Part shown: one piece after another, positions 56,522 to 64,000 of the stretch
How positions within the stretch are numbered: position 1 is the stretch's first letter
Layout: each line of letters begins with the position of its first letter
Sequence record: NC_070650.1
Length of the DNA: 64,000 bases
Strand: one strand, 5' to 3'
Made by a program: the position numbers and the translations under genes
Notes under the pieces: model-generated
Databases searched by the model: none
What the model was told of the DNA's origin: nothing
What the model saw: the letters and a program-made list of their open reading frames with translations, nothing else

Positions 56522-56923
56522 ATGGCTAAAACAATACCTGTCCCTAGTTTATCCGTAGATGGTTGGATTATAACCCCTACTAAAAAAGTAGATAAATTGT
56601 TATGTTATTATTTTTTATCTGAGCCATCACAAAGTCAACTATACACTGTGATCTCACTACCCTCAGAAATTGCAAAGAAAGGAAACTGGCCGAATCAACT
56701 TAAAGAGTTGGTTAGCAACGATTTACAAACCTTTTTTAGTGCCTATTTCACAGAAGGCGTAAGTGTATATGTTGAAATAAAAGACACTGATGATAATGGA
56801 AACCAAATATCACAATACAAAATTTATAGTCAAGTTATCGTCACCATTGCTGGACAAAAATATTCTGTGGCAAAAATGGCTACAGTATTAAATTCTCAGA
56901 TTGTTAATCTCGCAGATGCATAG
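56522..56923 (+). CDS. conserved chimallivirus hypothetical protein
   Basis: PVPSLSVDGW, YFLSEPSQS. Confidence 0.75.
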   Translation: MAKTIPVPSLSVDGWIITPTKKVDKLLCYYFLSEPSQSQLYTVISLPSEIAKKGNWPNQLKELVSNDLQTFFSAYFTEGVSVYVEIKDTDDNGNQISQYKIYSQVIVTIAGQKYSVAKMATVLNSQIVNLADA

Positions 56924-56934
56924 AGGTAATCAAA

Positions 56935-57528
56935 ATGGCAAGTAAAGAAGATATCAAAATGGCAGTGGATTTAGGACTCAAGGCTGCTAACGCTTTGATT
57001 GGTTCTGCCGAAGAAATGCGTCGGGGTATCTACATCGATGAATTTCGCCAGATGTACTTGCCTATTTTGGCCACCCCAGGTTCAGATTGGTCTCCATGGT
57101 TCAGATTCGTAACTGACCCCCGTGCCGTCACTGATGTTTATGACCGCTCGGGTAAGTTGATGTATACCGTTCCGGCGATGGCGGTGCCTATCGGCACCCA
57201 GGTTAGTGGTGACCGGGGTGAATCCTACTACGATAAAATCCAAAGGGTAATGTTAGTTGCCAGAAATAACCCCAAGGCAGCCAGCGCGATGCAGGAACAA
57301 GCCATGCATGATGCGGTAGTTGGTGGTGGGGGCAATAAACATATTCTGGATAATCGAATTAAACTCAACAAAATCCTGGTAGCTGAAGGGTACCCCCCAT
57401 TACCGATTCCAGGGACCAATGGGTTTACTGGAATTACTGAAAAAGATACTCAACCCAACACCGAAAACCAGACAAAAAACGAAACTTTAGCGAAGGCCAA
57501 ATACACCGATGAGTACGACGAACTCTGA
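56935..57528 (+). CDS. conserved chimallivirus hypothetical protein
   Basis: 197 aa; acidic C-terminus YDEL. Confidence 0.75.
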   Translation: MASKEDIKMAVDLGLKAANALIGSAEEMRRGIYIDEFRQMYLPILATPGSDWSPWFRFVTDPRAVTDVYDRSGKLMYTVPAMAVPIGTQVSGDRGESYYDKIQRVMLVARNNPKAASAMQEQAMHDAVVGGGGNKHILDNRIKLNKILVAEGYPPLPIPGTNGFTGITEKDTQPNTENQTKNETLAKAKYTDEYDEL

Positions 57529-58642
57529 TACAACAATAGCTTCATTTCACGATGTTCATTTTGGGCATCCAAATACGCGCTATGATAACATTATTCGTGG
57601 GATGGAAAAAGACATTTGTGCATCAGATCCGTTTATTCGTAACCTGACCTATTTGTTTTATCCTGGCGATGTTTTTGACCGGTTATTAATTTTACCGGAA
57701 CAGGGAATCCCGGCGATCCGCCGGGAGTTCAGACGCCAACTAGAAATATGTCAAGCTTACGGTATTTCTGTTCGTGTATTAGAAGGTACCCCGTCCCACG
57801 ACTGGCATCAATCTAAATTGATATTAAGTGTCGCTGAAGAAATGGGGTTTACTGGTGATTTAAAGTACGTCGATACTTTGTGTGTCGAAATCACGCCCAA
57901 AGGCCACAGCATTTTGTATGTTCCTGACGAGTGGCGTACCGATCTCCAACAAACCTATCTGGAAGCCCTGGAGGCGATTAAAGCTGCTGGATTAGAACAG
58001 GTGGATTATTGTTTATTCCACGGTCAATTTACCCATCAGTTTCCTCCGGAGTGGCAGGTAGGGTGCCATGATGTCGATGCCTGGCAGTTATTGGTAAAGC
58101 ATTATCTTTTTGCAGGGCATATCCACACACCATCTAAAAAAGGAAAGATTATTGTTGCGGGGTCCTATGACCGACTGCGACATGGTGAGGAACACCCAAA
58201 AGGACATTACCGGGTAACGGTAAAAAGGGATGGGGATGACGTTATTGAATTTATTGAGAATAAAGAGGCAAAAACTTATTTGACTCTTGATGTCAGTGGA
58301 CAAAGCGTCGAATCCATTTATGGTTATGTTGAATCGAAAATACATGGGCTTCCGGTTAATTCTTTTATTCGGATAAGCGGCAATCGAGACCAAAGTCTAA
58401 GAATGGTCAAGAAGGCACTTACTGATAATTATCCCGAATATAGATGGGATATTATGTTTGAAAAAACAAAAAAGCAACCGAAAACAGTAAGTCTAGATTC
58501 CACACCCATACAAAAAACTACTGTGACCCTAGGGGCGTTAGAAGATGCAATCCTGCAACGTTTAGAACAATCTGGCCTGTCTCCTAATGTGATAGACCAC
58601 GCCAAACAACTATATAAGGACAGCAAACATGAGTTTGCGTGA
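57509..58642 (+). CDS. SbcD/Mre11-like metallophosphoesterase nuclease
   Basis: DVH, GDVFD, GTPSHD, HGQF, GHIH motifs. Confidence 0.85.
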   Translation: MSTTNSDTTIASFHDVHFGHPNTRYDNIIRGMEKDICASDPFIRNLTYLFYPGDVFDRLLILPEQGIPAIRREFRRQLEICQAYGISVRVLEGTPSHDWHQSKLILSVAEEMGFTGDLKYVDTLCVEITPKGHSILYVPDEWRTDLQQTYLEALEAIKAAGLEQVDYCLFHGQFTHQFPPEWQVGCHDVDAWQLLVKHYLFAGHIHTPSKKGKIIVAGSYDRLRHGEEHPKGHYRVTVKRDGDDVIEFIENKEAKTYLTLDVSGQSVESIYGYVESKIHGLPVNSFIRISGNRDQSLRMVKKALTDNYPEYRWDIMFEKTKKQPKTVSLDSTPIQKTTVTLGALEDAILQRLEQSGLSPNVIDHAKQLYKDSKHEFA

Positions 58643-59447
58643 TTTTTCTTTACGGGAGATGGGTGCAATACCCATCTCCATTGGGACGAGCTTGGCTATA
58701 GAAGCATTACGTCAACCCAACGTACCCAACTACGACGCACTCTGGGTAAATTTAAGAACGCTGTTTCGCAATCTAATGTCATGTGTTCCTACTCATGTCC
58801 GTGACGGTGCCAACGATAGAGATGTATCTACCGTACTCGAAGAAGAGATGGGGCATATCGCTGAAGCAGTAGCTATACTCAGTAATGGCACCAAAGCCGT
58901 TAAGTGGTACATGAGTAAACCAGAAACGTTGGTCAAAATACTGCCCGATGCCATTATAAGGGCACCCAAAACAAATCTACAAAAGTCTCAGGCCGCCTTA
59001 TGCGATGCTGCGTTAGGTAGGCTGATTGCAAAATATCAGAAAGATATTCAGGTATTTTCTCCGATTATGTATGGGCAAGGGAAAGCCATGGTACTTACTC
59101 ATTTCCCCGAAGACCTGTTGAGTCGCAAGCATTTCTCTGAAATGTATTTATTAGAGTCCCACACAGGTAAAATAAAAGGACATGATGAATTCAATACAAA
59201 ACTCGGAGATATCGATCAATACCCTAAACTCCCATTTAATGGATTTACGCTAACAATATTTGGTGATAAGCAAGTATTGATTTATCAGATGCCAAATAAA
59301 ATCAGGACCATGGTGTTAGAGGCAGCTAAGAAAGCTGGCTGGACCCCAATGACCACCAAGGATAGAATGTTGTTAACGTTAAACACCATAAAAAATCAGT
59401 ACGACCGTGAAGTACTTAAAAGTATTTTAATGAAATGCAAGTATTGA
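58629..59447 (+). CDS. conserved chimallivirus protein (possibly FEN/PIN-like)
   Basis: PISIGTSLA, WVNLRTLFRN; core-block synteny. Confidence 0.6.
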   Translation: MSLRDFSLREMGAIPISIGTSLAIEALRQPNVPNYDALWVNLRTLFRNLMSCVPTHVRDGANDRDVSTVLEEEMGHIAEAVAILSNGTKAVKWYMSKPETLVKILPDAIIRAPKTNLQKSQAALCDAALGRLIAKYQKDIQVFSPIMYGQGKAMVLTHFPEDLLSRKHFSEMYLLESHTGKIKGHDEFNTKLGDIDQYPKLPFNGFTLTIFGDKQVLIYQMPNKIRTMVLEAAKKAGWTPMTTKDRMLLTLNTIKNQYDREVLKSILMKCKY

Positions 59448-59509
59448 TTTTTTACCGTAGATAACCATCATTTGTACTGTTATCACTATAACTAAGGAAT
59501 CACACCACC

Positions 59510-60205
59510 ATGGCCGACCAACCAATTAAACGTCAAACGTACCTCGATGACCTGCGAGCTAAGCTGTTCGCTAAGCCACTGCAGGGAGGTACTAAACGTC
59601 CTATTCTGACTTTTGGTTATGTTACTCGGAAGTACGATACCAACTGCGCAGAAATCAAAATCAAAACTAACGTCCCGAACGATGCAGATAACGGGCAGAT
59701 TAAAGTGGTCGTACCCATGCCGGATCTGTTTGGTTATTTCCGGGCAATCCAAAACATGGCGACCCAGTCCGGGAAACAGGAACGTAGTTTCCGGGTGTAT
59801 TCTACCTTCGCAAAAGGCGGTAAAGTAGATCCGTATCCGTCGGCCATGATTCACCTGGGCAAAGAAGACGACGGTCGCATGTATATTGCGGTGACTAAAA
59901 AGAATCGGCCGAACATTAAGTTCTACATGTGCCCGGACGAAATGTATCGCCTGGTTGTAAATGGCGAAGAAATGACCACCGAACAAACTTACGCCGAATA
60001 CGCGCTGGGTTATATTGACATGATTCGCGGTATTTATCGGACCATCATGGACCATGATTACGTGCCGTGGGAAAACCCGCATAACAACGGCGGTGGCAGT
60101 CAACGCGGCAATGGTGGAAATGGCGGTAACTGGAATGGGGGTGGTAACTCCAATTCGGGTGGCAGTCAATCAAACAACAGTTACGATGATGATGTTTGGG
60201 GTTGA
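59510..60205 (+). CDS. chmC: ChmC-like nucleus-associated RNA-binding protein
   Basis: Immediately upstream of the gp68-like gene; beta-rich core plus Gly/Asn low-complexity tail ending YDDDVWG. Confidence 0.72.
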   Translation: MADQPIKRQTYLDDLRAKLFAKPLQGGTKRPILTFGYVTRKYDTNCAEIKIKTNVPNDADNGQIKVVVPMPDLFGYFRAIQNMATQSGKQERSFRVYSTFAKGGKVDPYPSAMIHLGKEDDGRMYIAVTKKNRPNIKFYMCPDEMYRLVVNGEEMTTEQTYAEYALGYIDMIRGIYRTIMDHDYVPWENPHNNGGGSQRGNGGNGGNWNGGGNSNSGGSQSNNSYDDDVWG

Positions 60206-60215
60206 CGTCATATAC

Positions 60216-60245
60216 GGGAGGGCTTTTGCCCTCCCTTTATGCCGT
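60216..60245 (+). terminator. terminator with TATGCCG
   Basis: GGGAGGGC-TTTT-GCCCTCCC followed by TTTATGCCGT. Confidence 0.8.
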
Positions 60246-60324
60246 ATTACCTAAAAGGTAGTTTCTTACAGACGGCCGCCATGTTATACGTAGTAAAAGG
60301 ATGCATTCAAAAAACTTAAACACC

Positions 60325-60332
60325 TATATTAC
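60325..60332 (+). promoter_or_regulatory. early promoter motif TATATTAC
   Basis: Exact match upstream of 60363. Confidence 0.7.
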
Positions 60333-60362
60333 TATTGGGATTATCTGTATAAGGGGATATCC

Positions 60363-61910
60363 ATGCAAATGACACTAGCTCCGTATTCTAACGGAGTGTC
60401 TGAAATCACAGTCAGTCATAGGCAGCAATCCATTACGTTTAAAGGTACGACGTATAATCGTACCATCCTCAAAGAAAAAGAAGCATTCTTTCAGGACATT
60501 AATGCGTATTGGGATAGTTTGCCCATGTCGACCCAGGATGCCATATGGGCCACGTATTTGGAATTGGACCGTGCATTTGTTTCAGAAGAAGGTACCAACA
60601 GTGTACACAAAACACTCCATCAATTACTCCTGCAATTGTATCAGTACCACAGCATGGACAGCTTTCGGTATTGGATACGTTTCAAATCCCGTGTCAAATA
60701 TCCCCCCGATTTAAAAGAAAAATACAGTCCAGAATACCCCAAAGAAATGACCTATCTGCTAGAAGACTATCGCGGTCTATTGGCATTGACTTTGGGTTTG
60801 CGGATCGTGCTACCAATTGTGTTACGTTATACCCTGGCGGTAGAGCGCGAACAAAAAGGGAAGTATAAAGAGTTCATGTGTCTCAAGTTGCTCGAGGGTA
60901 CTGAGTTAATGAATTCACCGGAAATGGCACAGATCAAAGGTTACGTTACCGCGGCCGCTAACGTCAATGAGAAACCACCATCAATGTCGGCGATACTGGG
61001 TGGGTTGGGGTCTACACAAATCCCAATGTTCTTCCTGGCGCACGCCATCATTCGGCGGGTTATCGTTAGTGAGCTGAAAACCGAAGGGGACCCAGTTAAC
61101 ATAGTTTCGAATGTGTGGAACTTTGTTTCTCAAATGGATTTGGATAAACGTTTCGGTGGGGCTACAAAGGATAAGAACCCGACTGGCGCAGTGGCTGAGG
61201 ATGATAAACAATCGGTCGCTGAGATTTATAAGAATAAGGAACGTATCTCCGCGTCTTCACCCGTGACGGAAACTGTGTTTGTTGGTATGTATCTAAGTGC
61301 CAAGAAATACATCGATCCTACCATGGATGATGATCTAGCCGAAATGCTTTGGGCCCACCATAAACAACTGAAATCGTTCGACCCTGAACCTTGGCAGTTG
61401 GTGTTGATGGGTTGGGTGTTGGCACCACAAGTAACGTTTAAAACCAGGGACTATTTAGAACCTGAGGATCGCAATCGGGGGATTGCTATCGCACAAGCGT
61501 TATTGTGGCATTGGGGATTCCCGCAGCTGGCTGCGTTACTGACCGCTACAAGAGCAGTGCCCATCCACTTCGAAGGCGCGTCGCAATCCAGTGCACAGCT
61601 TTCCATCATGAAGCGAGCCTGGCGCGGACCTACCGAAGAAATGGTGCGTGAAATTAATGAACAATACCCACATCACAAGTTGATACGCAATAAGTTCGAT
61701 CCAAATCAATCGAACTATGCGGTGGTAGCTATCAATGAGTTGTTCTCCATGGTGGTCTCAGGGGATTGGGATTTGAATTGTCCTCGGTCGTTGATTGATG
61801 TTTGTGGAATGTCTGAAGATTTATCGGGATATGCCCCACCGACCGATCTGAAATATCAGCTGTATGATTTTGTTATAAAGAACAACCGCCGTAAAAGCGG
61901 AAAACAGTAA
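60363..61910 (+). CDS. non-virion RNAP sigma-like subunit (phiKZ gp68-like)
   Basis: 515 aa (similar size to gp68), helical, syntenic position. Confidence 0.7.
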   Translation: MQMTLAPYSNGVSEITVSHRQQSITFKGTTYNRTILKEKEAFFQDINAYWDSLPMSTQDAIWATYLELDRAFVSEEGTNSVHKTLHQLLLQLYQYHSMDSFRYWIRFKSRVKYPPDLKEKYSPEYPKEMTYLLEDYRGLLALTLGLRIVLPIVLRYTLAVEREQKGKYKEFMCLKLLEGTELMNSPEMAQIKGYVTAAANVNEKPPSMSAILGGLGSTQIPMFFLAHAIIRRVIVSELKTEGDPVNIVSNVWNFVSQMDLDKRFGGATKDKNPTGAVAEDDKQSVAEIYKNKERISASSPVTETVFVGMYLSAKKYIDPTMDDDLAEMLWAHHKQLKSFDPEPWQLVLMGWVLAPQVTFKTRDYLEPEDRNRGIAIAQALLWHWGFPQLAALLTATRAVPIHFEGASQSSAQLSIMKRAWRGPTEEMVREINEQYPHHKLIRNKFDPNQSNYAVVAINELFSMVVSGDWDLNCPRSLIDVCGMSEDLSGYAPPTDLKYQLYDFVIKNNRRKSGKQ

Positions 61911-61935
61911 AAATACTGATCCTGGAGCTATAAAA

Positions 61936-63453
61936 ATGAGAGTACTGAATTTCTTCCTGACGCATACTGGTACGCACTCTGACGCAATGCTGCGTTCCTA
62001 CGACGTGTCGGTGTCTCAACAAAACATCGACGCCGTAAGGGAAACAACCTTGCGAGGTGCGGTAACCGACATGCGAACTATTGCAATGGGGGTGACTGAA
62101 ATAGCATCTTCGGTGATGCGTCAGAAAACGACTCCAGATGCAGTGGTTTCAATCCCCAACGGGATGGGCGAACAGCGATTACGTTTCTATCTGGAAATAG
62201 AAACGGATCGCACTAGTCTCACAGTGAACCGTCAAATTATCACCGGATTCACCGATCACCTTGGTTATCACGACCATATGGGGCGGGTTAGTATTGACCC
62301 TAACATGCAATACTACCCTAATAACATCATTTGTCTTAGGGACCAAATTACTTTCGACCATACACGGGGTATCAATACCACCACCACCGTGGTGAGTGAT
62401 AGCTCTCAGATTCTTCGCGGGGATTGCCTGGTCGTAAATCCGGGGGTAGTGCAACCTCCAGTTCACGACGTCTGGGGACATCAAACGCCGGTCAGACCAA
62501 TTGTGGCCGGAACGGTGAATGCAAATGACGTCTATGCAGTTCGTCCGCAGGATGTATTTCGTCATAAAGCAGCTACCGAAATGGTCCGTCAACATGGAGG
62601 TGGCGCTACTACCGATAAGCGCTTAAGTTTCATGGACGGGGTTCGTAAAAGTCATCGCGATAACGCCAATGGTACTCGGTATCTGGCCAAGACGTTGGCG
62701 GCAATGAACCAGGCGTACACCATGGATGACGCCGACAGTAACTACATCACTACCCTGTATAATCAGGCTGGGGGGTTAATCGGTGAGGCTACTATCGCCC
62801 AAGACCGCTTTCTGGGGATGTTAAACTCCGGGGGTGGATTTACTCAGCGGGGGTTCTTCACACACCAAGAACTACTCAACCACGTACCTGACGCGGAAAA
62901 TATCGCCGTCATTATTAAACCAACAACGCCCACCGAAATCAACGAGCTTTGCAACCGTGGCAACACCGATGGTTGGGGTGGTGGTGATTGGGAAACTTTG
63001 ATTGCTACGCGTCTAAGTTCAGCAACCCCGGGCATCATGATGGAATCCTCCATTTCCAGGATCTGGTTTGAAGGCACCAACATGACCCACAACGGTCGTT
63101 TCCAAATTAACATCATGCCCGATCATTTCGCAATGATGACACAAGTGGCGGATGTAGAGTCCATGATTACCCGCTTTAAAATTAACATGGAAACGCAAGT
63201 GCTGCCAGGCATGCTACCCAATAGCCAAATGCCGGTAACCGTAACCGCGGTAATGGACTGGGCTGGCGAATCGCGGATTTGGGTAAGTGTGGATGGTCGC
63301 CCACCGGTACCATTCGAGCACGCCAATTTCTGCGATGGTTTAAGCTCTCCGGTTATCTGTGCAAACCCGGAAGCAGCATCACACATCTCTAACGACCTGG
63401 TCAACCTGGCCGAATTAGCACGTTTACCTTACCATAATGCAATGGGGAATTAA
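61936..63453 (+). CDS. picA: PicA/Imp1 nuclear import factor (phiKZ gp69-like)
   Basis: 505 aa directly after the gp68-like gene; R.YDV, FTDH.G, DPNM.YY.N, RPQDVF motifs. Confidence 0.72.
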   Translation: MRVLNFFLTHTGTHSDAMLRSYDVSVSQQNIDAVRETTLRGAVTDMRTIAMGVTEIASSVMRQKTTPDAVVSIPNGMGEQRLRFYLEIETDRTSLTVNRQIITGFTDHLGYHDHMGRVSIDPNMQYYPNNIICLRDQITFDHTRGINTTTTVVSDSSQILRGDCLVVNPGVVQPPVHDVWGHQTPVRPIVAGTVNANDVYAVRPQDVFRHKAATEMVRQHGGGATTDKRLSFMDGVRKSHRDNANGTRYLAKTLAAMNQAYTMDDADSNYITTLYNQAGGLIGEATIAQDRFLGMLNSGGGFTQRGFFTHQELLNHVPDAENIAVIIKPTTPTEINELCNRGNTDGWGGGDWETLIATRLSSATPGIMMESSISRIWFEGTNMTHNGRFQINIMPDHFAMMTQVADVESMITRFKINMETQVLPGMLPNSQMPVTVTAVMDWAGESRIWVSVDGRPPVPFEHANFCDGLSSPVICANPEAASHISNDLVNLAELARLPYHNAMGN

Positions 63454-63455
63454 TA

Positions 63456-64000
63456 ATGAGCTTACACACTGAGTTAGTCGAAAAGTATCAGGACCTGCTA
63501 ACCAGCATGGGACTAACTGTCGACCTCCCCTACGTGCGTTTGGCTGAAAGCAACGGCGTTGAAACACCGGTTACGGTGCATGATAAACCGCTGGTTTTAC
63601 CGACGCTCGATCTTCTGAAAGAAAACAACTGGGATAGCCTGCAGCCATTCCATCCGCTGGCGGAAAACCCGCTGCGGGGAGAATCGGTTATTCTCAAGAA
63701 ACTTCGGGTTCTGGTGGCATTTCATGCGACTAGCGTTATCCTGACCCTGGCCGAAGAACTGCTGACCATTGCGTCAGATGGCGCGCTACAAGCTAAGTTA
63801 TCTCCGAAGGCCAGTGAGTTTCTTTCTCACGTAGGTGACGTCGATGCGAAAACTCTGAAAGCAATGGACTCGGTACGGAAGAAAGTTACCGTACTTGGTG
63901 ACCATCGTTTAGTTGGGTTCTATTTTAGTCGTCCCGGCGACCAACGTAAAGACAGTTACACTCGCCTGTGTCGCGTAGACTTTCCAATCTTCGATGCGCT
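63456..64000 (+). CDS. phiKZ gp70-like conserved protein, truncated by window end
   Basis: ATG 63456, open to the end: MSLHTELVEKYQDLLTSMG...PLVLPT...PFHPLAENPLRGESVILKKL. Confidence 0.7.
   Translation, partial: MSLHTELVEKYQDLLTSMGLTVDLPYVRLAESNGVETPVTVHDKPLVLPTLDLLKENNWDSLQPFHPLAENPLRGESVILKKLRVLVAFHATSVILTLAEELLTIASDGALQAKLSPKASEFLSHVGDVDAKTLKAMDSVRKKVTVLGDHRLVGFYFSRPGDQRKDSYTRLCRVDFPIFDA

Noticed and set aside
59492-60169. 225-aa reverse ORF over chmC, and similar antisense ORFs over phuZ (42315..42839) and others
   Set aside because: Antisense shadows of well-supported genes.
60080-60200. GGN/AAN triplet-rich low-complexity DNA
   Set aside because: Explained by the Gly/Asn disordered tail of ChmC, not a DNA repeat element.

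Overview
This 64-kb window comes from a nucleus-forming jumbo phage (phiKZ-like, Chimalliviridae). The right third holds the conserved core in canonical order: PhuZ tubulin, B-family DNA polymerase subunit, chimallin, non-virion RNAP beta' N-terminal subunit (Zn-finger and NADFDGD), SbcD-like nuclease, then ChmC-like, gp68-like, PicA/Imp1-like and a truncated gp70-like gene (the last four called partly by synteny). The left two thirds is an accessory region of small, mostly + strand genes behind TATATTAC-type early promoters. It includes dam, phoH, tdk, a macrodomain, a metallophosphoesterase, a SNF2-like helicase and several paralogue arrays. No tRNA, rRNA, CRISPR array or integrase was seen. 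Best candidates for undescribed biology: (1) a 52-bp element in three near-identical copies, each capping a reverse-oriented gene island; (2) a TATG-N-Y-G motif flanking most terminator hairpins, often on both strands; (3) a glycosyltransferase/methyltransferase operon; (4) a macrodomain plus ADP-ribosyltransferase-like pair; (5) a self-contained operon of three secreted pilus/chaperone-like proteins; (6) apparently inactivated DnaB-like and prohead-protease-like paralogues; (7) a folded chimallin mRNA leader. All family calls come from motif recognition by eye; no database search was run.
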